A stretch of DNA of 64,000 nucleotides, taken from assembly GCA_050633745.1 (NCBI GenBank), contig JBOEHD010000063.1, positions 48,346 to 112,345 on the forward strand, given 5' to 3'. Shown here one piece after another: positions 18,759 through 28,406 of this stretch. The position numbers were made by a program, and so were the translations under genes. This DNA is from Acidimicrobiales bacterium (GTDB taxonomy: Bacteria; Actinomycetota; Acidimicrobiia; Acidimicrobiales; SZUA-35). Each line of letters begins with the position of its first letter. Position 1 is the first letter of the stretch. The notes beneath the pieces were generated by a model that was not told the origin of the DNA, did not search any database, and saw only the letters and a program-made list of their open reading frames with translations.

Positions 18759-20102
18759 CTAGCATCGTTGCGGTGTCGGCACGGTGGCATGATGTGTGCC
18801 GTTCGGTTTGTAGATCTTCAGACTGCGATCCGGTAGTAGTTTGATCGACCATTGCCCCTCATGAACTCGGTGATGGTGCTTCGAACACAGCGGAATCAGA
18901 TTGTCGAAATCGGTTGCACCACCGTTTTCCCATTCCCGGATGTGGTGGGCCTGACACCACCCGATTGGCGCAGCACACCCTTCCCAACCGCACCGTGCGT
19001 GGATGGTCTTTACGGCTGCCCACTGGGCATCGGTAGCGGTGCGGTACTTGCGCCCGACGTTGATCGGCACCCCGGACTGGTCGAGCGAGACTGGCCGGAC
19101 AACCGCATCGCAGCACAGCCGAGCTATCGACTCCGGCGCCACATCGTGTCCGCTCTCGGTCTGCCGAACCGAGCGCTCATGAGCCCCGTTGACCATCGTG
19201 TCGTGGTCGACAACCACCAGCACCGACGCCATCCGTCTGCCTCGGTCAGCGCCCCCGATATCACCACGCTCACTTCCAGGTTCGGTGACCAGCTCGACCA
19301 GCGCCTGCGCGGCCAAGTTGCTGTCCTTGGTCACCGCTTCATCGCATGCCGCTGCGATTGAGGACACTCGCCGATCGATTGCGCTGACCAACATCTCATA
19401 GCGCTCAGGATCCAACAGTCCCGAGAACCGACCCATACCCGTCGCATGATCGAACCAGTACCGGAACTCAGACGCCGCCTGTTTAGCCTTCGTATCACGA
19501 AGACCGTGATCGGTCGTCGCCGCATCAACACAACGTTTCACGTATCGATCGAACGACTCGGGCAACATACGCTGCGCCCGCTCAACCAGATCGGCAAAAT
19601 TGAAGAACTCTCGCTGCTCGTCGGACAGCTTGGCGGTATGCCGAGCAACCGAATCAACGTGGGAGCCCGTGGTCGCACCAACCGATGCCGCATTACTCAG
19701 GCCCTCAACCTGCTCAACTGTTCTAGCTCGCGCCGACTCGCGGCGAGCCTGCCGAGAGCCAACCTCACCCTCACCCCGCAACGTCTCCTCAGCTGGAGCA
19801 GCAACACCCTCACCAGCGAGCCGATTCGATCGCACACCGATACGAATCACCAAACCATCAAGGCATCGCTGCACCGCTCGCACGTCGCCGAGCAAAGACT
19901 TCAACTCCGGTTCGTCGAAACCAGACACATCAAACTTGGCTAACCCCGCAGGTAGCCCTCGAAGCACCGACCGGATCCCAGCGTCACCGCCAACATCAAC
20001 ATCAACACCCACATCAACACCGCCGTCGACAACATCACGGCGATCGCCATCCAACCCCAACACAGCCAAACCCCACAGCGGCCCACATACGGAGCCAACC
20101 AA
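18759..20102 (-). CDS. DUF222 / HNH endonuclease-domain protein (actinobacterial 13E12-repeat-type)
   Basis: C-terminal HNH: CGWEGCAAPIGWCQAHHIREWENGGATDFDNLIPLCSKHHHRVHEGQW. The long helical N-terminal region is typical of DUF222. Confidence 0.85.
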   Translation of the reverse strand: MVGSVCGPLWGLAVLGLDGDRRDVVDGGVDVGVDVDVGGDAGIRSVLRGLPAGLAKFDVSGFDEPELKSLLGDVRAVQRCLDGLVIRIGVRSNRLAGEGVAAPAEETLRGEGEVGSRQARRESARARTVEQVEGLSNAASVGATTGSHVDSVARHTAKLSDEQREFFNFADLVERAQRMLPESFDRYVKRCVDAATTDHGLRDTKAKQAASEFRYWFDHATGMGRFSGLLDPERYEMLVSAIDRRVSSIAAACDEAVTKDSNLAAQALVELVTEPGSERGDIGGADRGRRMASVLVVVDHDTMVNGAHERSVRQTESGHDVAPESIARLCCDAVVRPVSLDQSGVPINVGRKYRTATDAQWAAVKTIHARCGWEGCAAPIGWCQAHHIREWENGGATDFDNLIPLCSKHHHRVHEGQWSIKLLPDRSLKIYKPNGTHHATVPTPQRC

Positions 20103-20270
20103 TCCAGTAACGGATTCCAGTTTCAGGGGAGGCCGAAAGCCTCAAAGGGCCGCAGCGACCGAAGAATTTCAGGCCACTTGCAGGTACTCAAACTTTAGCG
20201 TACAATTGTTCGACCCGCAACGGCAACCGGCGTCTTTCGTACCAAATATTTGGCACCAGAAACGCAGCAC

Positions 20271-20756
20271 TCAGAAGGCCATATACATCACGTGCATTCC
20301 AACCAAGCCGTGCCGTTTGTGGTCAAAGGCTTTAGGAACCGTTCCGACAATCTCGAAGCCGAGCGACTGCCAGAGACCAACCGCAGCACCGTTCGTCTCG
20401 ACTACCGCATTGAATTGCATGCCGTGATAACCGGCGGCTCGAGCCCAGTCGAGCGCGTGGAGAGCAAGCCCTCGCCCCACGCCGCGATTGCGATATGCCG
20501 GGGCGACCATAAACGACGCCGTGGCGATGTGGGAGCCCCGGGCCGGCCGGTTCGGCCCCATCTTGGCTGAGCCAGCGATCTGGCCGTCGATCTTTGCAAC
20601 TACCGTGCGACCTGGCGGCGACTCCATCCAGAGCGATCGGTCGGCCTCCATATCAGGAGGTTCTGGAAAGGCGATAGTCTCGCCAGCGGTAACGATCTCG
20701 GCGTAGAACGGCCAAATCTCCGACCAGTCTCCCGGCGCGGCTTCTCGGATCTCCAT
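20271..20756 (-). CDS. GNAT family N-acetyltransferase
   Basis: Acetyl-CoA binding motif VAPAYRNRGVGRGL. 161 aa. Confidence 0.85.
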   Translation of the reverse strand: MEIREAAPGDWSEIWPFYAEIVTAGETIAFPEPPDMEADRSLWMESPPGRTVVAKIDGQIAGSAKMGPNRPARGSHIATASFMVAPAYRNRGVGRGLALHALDWARAAGYHGMQFNAVVETNGAAVGLWQSLGFEIVGTVPKAFDHKRHGLVGMHVMYMAF

Positions 20757-20919
20757 AGGGCGACTCTACGTTGCGTCGCTCACGCCGGATCGTCATTTTC
20801 TAGCAGCTGTTATTGGTATCGCTAGCGATCTCAGCCGTTGCGCCCCGTAGAAACAGATAGCCAACCATGCCATATGGCCAGGTCCGCTGAAACTGCCTCC
20901 GAGGTGCCACACTGAAACG

Positions 20920-22278
20920 GTGATGATCATTCGCGGCTCGATAGTGACCATGAACCCCGACCGCGAAATCATCCGTGACGGCGCGGTGCTGATCGACGGA
21001 TCGACGATCGCTGCGGTCGGTCGGTTCGATGAGATCGTTGCCGCCAACCCCGATACCGCTGTCAACGGCTCGGCCTCTGACCTCGTCCTGCCGGGCTACG
21101 TCAACGGCCACCAGCATCTGACCGGTGACCGGCTGATCCAATCGTCGATCCCCGACAATCTGGCTCCCGGCGAGGCGATCTTTACCTGGGTCGTGCCGGT
21201 CCACGGGGCACACACCGGCGATGACGACGAACTCTCTGCCACGTTGACTCTGGCCGAGTCACTGCGCAACGGCATCACCAGCACCTTCGAGGCGGGCACC
21301 GTGGCCCACCCCGACCGGGTGGCAGCAGCCGCAACCAAGGCCGGCGCTCGACTCACCGTCGGCACCTGGGGTTGGGACATCGAGCACGGCCCGTTCACCG
21401 GAACCGTCGACGAGGTCCTCGATCGCCAGCGTGCCGCGCTCGACCTGGTCACCGGCCCCAGGGTGTCGAGCTGGGTCAGCCTCGTCGGCCACGATCTGAT
21501 GTCGGATGAACTAGTGGTCGCGGCCACCGAACTGGCCCGAGATCGCAACGTCGGTATGACCTTCCACCTGTCGCCAAGCACCAGCGATCAGGAGAGCTAC
21601 CTGGAACGAACTGGCAAGCGTCCCATCGTGCATCTTGGATCACTCGGCGTGCTTGGCCAACATCTGGCGATCGCCCACGCGGTCCACATCGACGAGGCCG
21701 AGATCGAGCTTTTGGTCGACACCGGCACCGCCGTGGTGTCATGCCCCTGGGCCTACCTGAGACTCGGTCAGGGGCTAACCCGATCGTTCCGCCATCTCGA
21801 TCTGTGGAAGCAGAACGCCAGGCTGGCGTTGGGTTGCGATGCGGAAAACGCCGGCGACATGGTCGACGGCATTCGTACCGCGGCGCTGTTTGCCGGCGTG
21901 GCAAAGGATCGTGGTCTCGACCCGACGGTGTTCGGCGCCCACGATGCGCTCGAGCTACTGACCATCCGTGGAGCCGAGGCCATGGGGGTCGGTGATTCGG
22001 TTGGCTCGATCGAGGTCGGTAAGCAGGCCGACCTCGTGGTCCACGACCGCACACGCATCGAATGGATACCTCAGAGCCCCGACCCGGTGCTGCAACTAAT
22101 CTGGGGCAGCGACGGCCGTTCGGTTCGAGACGTCTACGTCGGTGGCGATCAGGTAGTGCACGACTATGAGCTAACCACCGTCGACACAGCCGCCCTGATT
22201 GATGAGGCGGTGGCGGCCGGGAAAGCGTTGCGAAATCGAAGCGGTGTGGCTGAAACGTCGCGCTGGCCAGTGACCTAG
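20920..22278 (+). CDS. Amidohydrolase-superfamily deaminase/chlorohydrolase-like enzyme
   Basis: Metal-binding LPGYVNGHQHL, a downstream HLS and AHAVH His, and a C-terminal GSIEVGKQADLVV. Paralog of 23869-25257. Confidence 0.85.
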   Translation: MMIIRGSIVTMNPDREIIRDGAVLIDGSTIAAVGRFDEIVAANPDTAVNGSASDLVLPGYVNGHQHLTGDRLIQSSIPDNLAPGEAIFTWVVPVHGAHTGDDDELSATLTLAESLRNGITSTFEAGTVAHPDRVAAAATKAGARLTVGTWGWDIEHGPFTGTVDEVLDRQRAALDLVTGPRVSSWVSLVGHDLMSDELVVAATELARDRNVGMTFHLSPSTSDQESYLERTGKRPIVHLGSLGVLGQHLAIAHAVHIDEAEIELLVDTGTAVVSCPWAYLRLGQGLTRSFRHLDLWKQNARLALGCDAENAGDMVDGIRTAALFAGVAKDRGLDPTVFGAHDALELLTIRGAEAMGVGDSVGSIEVGKQADLVVHDRTRIEWIPQSPDPVLQLIWGSDGRSVRDVYVGGDQVVHDYELTTVDTAALIDEAVAAGKALRNRSGVAETSRWPVT

Positions 22279-22288
22279 GATTAGGGCC

Positions 22289-22816
22289 ATGACTTACCCT
22301 AACGCTCTAGTGTTCATCGACTTTCCGGTGACCGATGTCGACGCGGCAAACACCTTCTATACAAACGTCTTCAACTGGGAAGTCGAGGAACGTATCCCCG
22401 GCATCTTCCATCGGATCATCCCCGGCTCGAACTTCAAGCTCGAAGATGGCACCGAGAGCCCGGTCGGCAACCTCCACATGGGAATCTCCTACTGCGGAGA
22501 CGTCCGACCCCACCCCGATCCTGCCCCCCAGGAGCCGCTAAACATGAACCCCGGTGGACGGGCCACTCGGGCATGGATCCTGGTCAGCGAAGACGATTCG
22601 TTCGATCGCATCATGGAAGCCGCTCTGGCAAACGGCGGCACCGAGCTGTGGCGTAACCACTTCTGGACCGAGTTCGGAGGCGCCAACGCCTCGTTCCTCG
22701 ATCCCTGGGGTAACCAGCTGATGTTGTGGCAGCACCTTCCCGACGCCGAGCAGGACGAAGAGACCCACCAGGTAGTCGGCGACTTCACCGTGCCCGACGG
22801 TTGGACCGTCGAATAG
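22289..22816 (+). CDS. VOC (glyoxalase/bleomycin-resistance/dioxygenase) family protein
   Basis: N-terminal FIDFPVTDVDAANTFYTNVFNWE and C-terminal DPWGNQLMLWQ, typical of the beta-alpha-beta-beta-beta modules. Confidence 0.75.
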   Translation: MTYPNALVFIDFPVTDVDAANTFYTNVFNWEVEERIPGIFHRIIPGSNFKLEDGTESPVGNLHMGISYCGDVRPHPDPAPQEPLNMNPGGRATRAWILVSEDDSFDRIMEAALANGGTELWRNHFWTEFGGANASFLDPWGNQLMLWQHLPDAEQDEETHQVVGDFTVPDGWTVE

Positions 22817-22835
22817 CGGTAATAGCCTCGCAGTC

Positions 22836-23864
22836 TTAGCTGTTTAGCAGGGCCAGCATCCGGGCTGAGCCCTCGATCGTCTCTCGCAAACCCTGGTACA
22901 TGTCGTCGCGCTGCACGGCCGCCAGGTTACAGCTGACACCACTAAAGCCGAGGTTGAGCAGGTCCTGAACCTGAGCCGCACATTGCTCCGGGGTGCCGAC
23001 GATGGCGAACTTACGGGCCAGGTCAGCGTCGATGAGTCGCAGCATCTCCGGCGGGTCGAATCGATCGAGGTCGAAGTACCAGCCGGTGGCCTCATCGAGC
23101 GTTGCCACGATGGCCGCACGCCGCTCCGGATCGACCGGAGGGCCGTACTCGCCAAGGATGTCGAGATAGTGGGCGGCGAACCGCTTTACCGACTCGACGG
23201 CCAACGACTCGTCGTCGGAGATACACAGCGTGACCCGAGGCAGCACCTCGACTTCGGACACGTCACGACCGACCCGGGCCGCGCCCTCGGCCAACCAACC
23301 CCGGTAGCGGGCCACGATCTCCGAGGTCAGATGGCGAGCACCGACGAGGGCGATGTCGGCCACCTCACCAGCCAACCTCATCACCCCGGGGCTGCGAGTC
23401 CCAATGGCGATCGGTACCGGCTGGGTTGGAGGGCGGATCAGCTTGGCGCCATCGGTCGAAACCGTCTCACCATCGAGGTTGACGGTCTCGCCTGCTAGCA
23501 GGCCTCGCATGGCGGCGATCGTCTCCCGCAGCGTGTGAACCGGCCTCGGGTAATCGATGCCGAGCTCTTCAAGCCCAGCCCCAACACCGATGCCGCAGAA
23601 CGCCCGGCCGCCCGACAGCTCCTGCAACGTAGCCAGCGCCGAAGCGTGCACCGCGGCGTGCCGGGTGTAGGGGTTGGTGACCATCGAACCGATCTGGATG
23701 CGCTCGGTTCTGGCGGCGATCAACGCCTGCAGCTGATAGGTGTCGGGCCATAGAGCCACGCACGAGATGCCCAGCCGATCGAACCCTGCGTCCTCGACCA
23801 GGCATCCGAGTTCGACCGCTTCGGCCGGCGCCATGCCGGGCGTGATTTCTGCTTCAAAGGTCAT
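22836..23864 (-). CDS. LLM-class (F420/flavin-dependent) oxidoreductase, last gene of the long minus-strand operon
   Basis: LLM architecture (IQIGSMVTNPYTRH, GIGVGAG). The track ORF starts at 23927. I prefer the ATG at 23864 (MTFEAEI), which lies 4 nt after the upstream gene's stop (23869). Confidence 0.85.
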   Translation of the reverse strand: MTFEAEITPGMAPAEAVELGCLVEDAGFDRLGISCVALWPDTYQLQALIAARTERIQIGSMVTNPYTRHAAVHASALATLQELSGGRAFCGIGVGAGLEELGIDYPRPVHTLRETIAAMRGLLAGETVNLDGETVSTDGAKLIRPPTQPVPIAIGTRSPGVMRLAGEVADIALVGARHLTSEIVARYRGWLAEGAARVGRDVSEVEVLPRVTLCISDDESLAVESVKRFAAHYLDILGEYGPPVDPERRAAIVATLDEATGWYFDLDRFDPPEMLRLIDADLARKFAIVGTPEQCAAQVQDLLNLGFSGVSCNLAAVQRDDMYQGLRETIEGSARMLALLNS

Positions 23865-23868
23865 AGAT

Positions 23869-25257
23869 CTACAGCACCGGCCACTTGGACTTGTCCGGCA
23901 GACCCGACCTGGCGGTGATGGCCTCACCCGCCACTTGGCAACGGGAGTAGAAGGTGCCCTCGTCGATGGTGGTCATCTGACCGTTCTCCACGACCTTGTG
24001 GCCGTCGACGAATACGGTGTGTACCCCACGCCCATCGGCCGACCACACCAGCTGATTCATCACGTTCAGCAGCGGGCTCCACTCGGGGCGGTCGGTGTCG
24101 TGCAGCACCACGTCGGCCTTCTTACCGACCTCAAGCGAACCGATCGAGTCCTGCATCTGCATCGTCTTTGCCCCACCGATGGTTGCCATCTCGTAGGCCA
24201 TTTCGGCCGGGAACATCTGCGGATCCTGACGGGCATCTTTGAACAGCCCGGCGACAAGGTAGGTAGCCCGCATCAGGTCGGAGTAGTTCGAGGCGTTGTT
24301 GCCATCGGTGCCGATGCTGACGTTCATCCCCATCTGCATCATCTCCGGCATCTTGCCAACCTGGGTGACCCCGTAACTGACCTTGAGCGCGGTGGTCGGG
24401 CAGTGGGCCACCGACACGCCGGTCTCGGCCATGACCTGCAACTCGGAGTCGTCGACTTGCACACAGTGGGTGATGGCAACGTCGTCACGCAGCACTCCGA
24501 GCTCGGCCAGGTGGATCATCGGCCGCTGACCGAATTCAGCGACGAAACCCTCGGGGTCGAGCTTGGCTGGCGACATGTGAAAGCTCATGCCGACGCTGTG
24601 CTCATCGGCCAGCTCGCGGGCCGCCTTCCATAGCGGGTCGGAGCAGGTGGTGTGGCCGACCAGTATCGACCAGGCCCCAAGGCGCCCGTCGGCCACCGAG
24701 GCAAATTCCGTGAGCTGGCGCTGCAGGAAAGCGATCGACTGATCGGTGTCCTGCTTGTACACGTCGGGCTCGGGTGGCAGGTCCCACACCCACTTGCCGA
24801 CCCGGCCCCGGATGCCGACCTCGACCAAACCGTCGATTACCTCGTCGAGGAACCGGATGGTGCCAGCCTCAAGGAACGTGGTGGTGCCGGACTTCAACAT
24901 CTCGACCGCGGCCAGCTGGGCCGAGAGTCGCTCTTCGGCTGCGGTGTACACCGCATACAGCGGGCACAGCCACATGAAGACGTTCTCTTCGAACGGCGTG
25001 TCGTCTGGAACGTAGCCCCGGGTCAGCGGTTCACCGGTGATGTGAATGTGGGTGTTTACCAGCCCGGGGGTGACAACAAAACGGTCACCACCAACCACCT
25101 GTTTCGGCTTATACAGCTCTTCCAGCACCGAACGTTTGCCGACGCCGACGATTTCGCTGCCCCGAATGGCCACTGCGCCGTCGCGGATGATGTCGCGGGT
25201 GGCGTTGACGGTTACCACGTGGCTTCCGACTATGAGGGTGTCGATCGGTTCGGGCAT
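23869..25257 (-). CDS. Amidohydrolase-superfamily deaminase/chlorohydrolase-like enzyme
   Basis: PGLVNTHIHITGEP (the HxH metal site), FHMSP, THCVQVD and GSLEVGKKADVVLHD. Confidence 0.9.
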   Translation of the reverse strand: MPEPIDTLIVGSHVVTVNATRDIIRDGAVAIRGSEIVGVGKRSVLEELYKPKQVVGGDRFVVTPGLVNTHIHITGEPLTRGYVPDDTPFEENVFMWLCPLYAVYTAAEERLSAQLAAVEMLKSGTTTFLEAGTIRFLDEVIDGLVEVGIRGRVGKWVWDLPPEPDVYKQDTDQSIAFLQRQLTEFASVADGRLGAWSILVGHTTCSDPLWKAARELADEHSVGMSFHMSPAKLDPEGFVAEFGQRPMIHLAELGVLRDDVAITHCVQVDDSELQVMAETGVSVAHCPTTALKVSYGVTQVGKMPEMMQMGMNVSIGTDGNNASNYSDLMRATYLVAGLFKDARQDPQMFPAEMAYEMATIGGAKTMQMQDSIGSLEVGKKADVVLHDTDRPEWSPLLNVMNQLVWSADGRGVHTVFVDGHKVVENGQMTTIDEGTFYSRCQVAGEAITARSGLPDKSKWPVL

Positions 25258-25260
25258 GGG

Positions 25261-26343
25261 TTACCTCCGAGGTTTGGTGGCGACGAAACTCTGCTGAAAT
25301 CCGATCGGTTCGATCAGCCGTAGCTTCTCAAAACCGGCCTCCACCAGCCACTCGGAGAACTGCTGATGCGTGAAACAAAAGCCCTTCTCGGTGCTGGCCA
25401 TCATGGTCGTACCCATGATCACTGCGTGCGGGTTGAACTTCCGCTCGATGTCGGTGAAGTAGTCGGCCAAAACCAACCGGCCCTCCGGCTTAAGGGCGTC
25501 GAAGGCCCGCTCGATCAGCCGCTTGGCCCCGTCGGCTCCTTCGGTTCGACAGATGTGGCCCAGCACCACGATGTCGTAGTGATCGGGTTCGATGTCGATG
25601 GTGTGGAAGTCCCCGGGCCGGAACTCACAGCGGTCGGCAACCCCGTGCTCCTCGGTCATCTTCTCGGCGACGGCGATCACCCCGTCGAGGTCGTTGATCA
25701 CCGCGGTTCCGTCGGGGCAACCGTTCAGCATGGCGATGGCCCACGGCGCACCGCCGGCGCCGAGGTCGAGCACCCGCGGAGCCCGCAGCGCCGAGTACCG
25801 CATCTTCAGATCGGCTCGGGTGGCGCAGCGGAACATGGTGGTGAAGGTGCCTTCAACCAGCGGCACGTAGAACGCAACCGGGTCGTCTTCAATCGGGGTG
25901 GCGGGGCGACCGTTGCGCACCGTGTCGGCCAGGCGGGTCCAGTTCTCATGAGGCCCGGGGGCGACCGGGATAAGGGCTGACATCGAAGCCGGGCCGTCGG
26001 ATACCAGGTACCGTTTCGCCGCGTCGTTTAGCTCGTAGACATCGGTGAACTGATCGAGCAGTTCCAGCGCTACCACCGCGTCGAGCAACGAACGCACATG
26101 ATCGACCGGGGCGTCGATTTCGGCCGCGATTACTTCGACGGTTGTCGGGCCAAGCCGTTGCATGGTGTCGAACACGTCGAGCTCGAGCGCGGCCAGCAAG
26201 ATGTAGTACCGGCCGAGCCCTTCGATGGCGGCCCACACCGGAGCGGCGGCTGGAGGTTTGTAGTCGGTCCACGGTCGGCCCTTGTGGGCCATCGTGTGAG
26301 ACTTCTTCAACTCCGGATAGGGAGCATCGCGGGGCTCGAACAT
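25261..26343 (-). CDS. Class I SAM-dependent O-methyltransferase (family-2 type with an N-terminal dimerisation/winged-helix part)
   Basis: SAM motif VLDLGAGGAPWAIAML, plus GDFH and a downstream LKPEGRLVLADYF. Confidence 0.85.
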   Translation of the reverse strand: MFEPRDAPYPELKKSHTMAHKGRPWTDYKPPAAAPVWAAIEGLGRYYILLAALELDVFDTMQRLGPTTVEVIAAEIDAPVDHVRSLLDAVVALELLDQFTDVYELNDAAKRYLVSDGPASMSALIPVAPGPHENWTRLADTVRNGRPATPIEDDPVAFYVPLVEGTFTTMFRCATRADLKMRYSALRAPRVLDLGAGGAPWAIAMLNGCPDGTAVINDLDGVIAVAEKMTEEHGVADRCEFRPGDFHTIDIEPDHYDIVVLGHICRTEGADGAKRLIERAFDALKPEGRLVLADYFTDIERKFNPHAVIMGTTMMASTEKGFCFTHQQFSEWLVEAGFEKLRLIEPIGFQQSFVATKPRR

Positions 26344-26346
26344 CGG

Positions 26347-27381
26347 CTACGGGCGCAGCACGATCTTGCCGAAGAAGTCGCTGTTCATCATCTTGCCCTG
26401 GGCTTCGGCGGCATCGGCCAGAGCGTATTCGGAGTCGATGACAACCTCGAAGTCGCCGCCGCAGAACTTGTCCCACACCGGGCCGAACTCTTCTGGCCGG
26501 TAGGGGTCGGAGCCCATGATCTTGATGCCGGAGTGGAATAGGTAGCCAAGCGACGGGATCGTAGCTTCGTCGCCGGACGAGTTGCCGCAGTTGACCAGGC
26601 GTCCACGTATACCAAGACCGAACAGCGACGGGCCGAACAGCGCGGTGCCGACATGGTCAAACACCATGTTGACCCCTGCCCCCTGAGTGACCTCTCGGGC
26701 GAAGCCGGCAACATCGCCCGTGCGGTTGTTGAGCACATGGTCGGCGCCCAGAGCCAGCGCACGCTCGCACTTCTCGTCGGTGCCCGCGGTGGCCAGCACC
26801 GTTGCGCCTGCGTTCTTTGCCAGCTGGATGCCCGCGGTCGACACGCCGGAACCGGCGGCATGAATCATGACCGTCTCCCCCGGCTGCAGGCCACCGACGT
26901 CGAACAGGGCATGGTCGGCGGTGAGATAGCAGGTTGGGAAGGTGGCGGCGTGTTCGAATGGCATGTCATCGGGCACCCGATACACGTGGCTAGCCGGTGC
27001 TAGACATTTCTCGGCGTACCCGCCGTCGACGGTTCCGCCGATGATGCCCAGCTCACCGTATAGATCGCCCATGCCTGCGAGCTTTGAGTCTTCGGCAACG
27101 CCAGCCAGCGATGGATCGACGACGACTCGGTCGCCGACGGCCACCCCGGTAACCGAGGACCCAACCGCCGAAACGGTGCCCGCCACATCCATGCCTGCGA
27201 TGTGGGGATACTGGAACCCGGGCATCTGGAACCAGCCGTTGCGTTGCACCACGTCGAGCCGGTTGAGCGATGTGGCGGCGACATCGATCACTACATCGCC
27301 GGGACCGGGTTCGGGGTCTGCCACATCGGCATACCTGAAAACCTCGGGTCCACCTGCTTGTTCGTAGAACATTGCTTTCAC
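26347..27381 (-). CDS. Medium-chain dehydrogenase/reductase (zinc-type ADH / quinone oxidoreductase family)
   Basis: GAGSGVSTAGIQLAK Rossmann motif, a GroES-like N-terminal part (GDRVVVDP) and a C-terminal GKIVLRP. Confidence 0.9.
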   Translation of the reverse strand: MKAMFYEQAGGPEVFRYADVADPEPGPGDVVIDVAATSLNRLDVVQRNGWFQMPGFQYPHIAGMDVAGTVSAVGSSVTGVAVGDRVVVDPSLAGVAEDSKLAGMGDLYGELGIIGGTVDGGYAEKCLAPASHVYRVPDDMPFEHAATFPTCYLTADHALFDVGGLQPGETVMIHAAGSGVSTAGIQLAKNAGATVLATAGTDEKCERALALGADHVLNNRTGDVAGFAREVTQGAGVNMVFDHVGTALFGPSLFGLGIRGRLVNCGNSSGDEATIPSLGYLFHSGIKIMGSDPYRPEEFGPVWDKFCGGDFEVVIDSEYALADAAEAQGKMMNSDFFGKIVLRP

Positions 27382-27451
27382 TGGAGTAACCCCATTCGAT
27401 TTCGATGGCCGGTGTTGATGGTGATGGTTGTACTGATGATGGTTGTGTTGA

Positions 27452-28384
27452 TCATTTCAGTCCCCTGATGAACGGCCGGGCCAGTGCAGCGGGCGGCCGG
27501 ACACGGTGAGCGTAGACCGCCATGGCCAACAGGGTGACGACGAACGGCAACGACTGCAGCAGTTCACTATTCAACTGATAACCCAGACCCTGAATTGAAA
27601 GTCGGAACGACAGAGCGGCGGCGAACAGCACACACCCGGCGATCGTTCCCTTGAGGGCCCAACCGCCAAAGATCACTGCGGCGATAGCGATAAAGCCCCG
27701 GCCGCCGACGATCGAATCCTCAAACCGGCCGATCTGGACAAAGATCAGAAACGCCCCGCCGAGTCCCGAGGTCAAACCGGCGTAGTAGATGGTCTGACGA
27801 CGGCGCCGGTTGACATGGATGCCTGAAACATCGGCCGATTGTGGGTTCTCGCCGGAGGCTCGAACTTCCAAACCCCAGCGGGTGCGGTACATCAGCCACC
27901 ATGATGCTGGCACCACCAGATACAGCAAATAGAACGGCCATGGTTGGCCGAACAGCGCCTGGCCGATCAGTGGAATATCGCTCAGCAGCGGGATGTCCCA
28001 GGTGGTTGCCACTTTGGTCGACGGGGCGATCTCACGATCGAGGAACCCGGTGAGCCCGAAGACCAGGATGTTCAGGGTCAGCCCAACCACAAACTGGTCG
28101 GCCGCTAACCGGTGGCTCATCTCCGCCTGCACCGAAGCCACGATCATGCCTCCGAGAGCGCCACAGATCAGCCCAACGATCACCGAGTCGGTGATGTGGT
28201 AGCCGACCGCCGAGGCGAACGCCCCAGAAAGCAGCATGCCTTCGACGGAAATGTTGAGCGTGCCCGACCGTTCGGCAACCCACTCACCGGTGGCGGCGAA
28301 GGCCAGCAGGCCGGCGAAGAGCGCGGCGTTGATGTAGGTCGAGTCCGAGGTCAGAATGTCGCCAACCGCTCGTAGAAAGTCCAT
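27452..28384 (-). CDS. ABC transporter permease (BMP/simple-sugar type, second permease)
   Basis: Polytopic membrane protein of about 310 aa, adjacent to a second permease, a double-NBD ATPase and a BMP-type binding protein. Confidence 0.9.
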   Translation of the reverse strand: MDFLRAVGDILTSDSTYINAALFAGLLAFAATGEWVAERSGTLNISVEGMLLSGAFASAVGYHITDSVIVGLICGALGGMIVASVQAEMSHRLAADQFVVGLTLNILVFGLTGFLDREIAPSTKVATTWDIPLLSDIPLIGQALFGQPWPFYLLYLVVPASWWLMYRTRWGLEVRASGENPQSADVSGIHVNRRRRQTIYYAGLTSGLGGAFLIFVQIGRFEDSIVGGRGFIAIAAVIFGGWALKGTIAGCVLFAAALSFRLSIQGLGYQLNSELLQSLPFVVTLLAMAVYAHRVRPPAALARPFIRGLK

Positions 28385-28406
28385 GATTTATTCGCCTCCT
28401 CCCCCG

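Noticed and set aside
17710-18852. 380-aa minus-strand ORF
   Set aside because: It is antisense to the acetamidase/formamidase gene, which has clear family motifs. It has no motifs of its own.
23740-25323. Plus-strand ORFs 23740-24633 (297 aa) and 24652-25323 (223 aa)
   Set aside because: Both are antisense to the amidohydrolase gene at 23869-25257. Their composition is dominated by G/R/H/V/L/D from antisense GC-rich codons.
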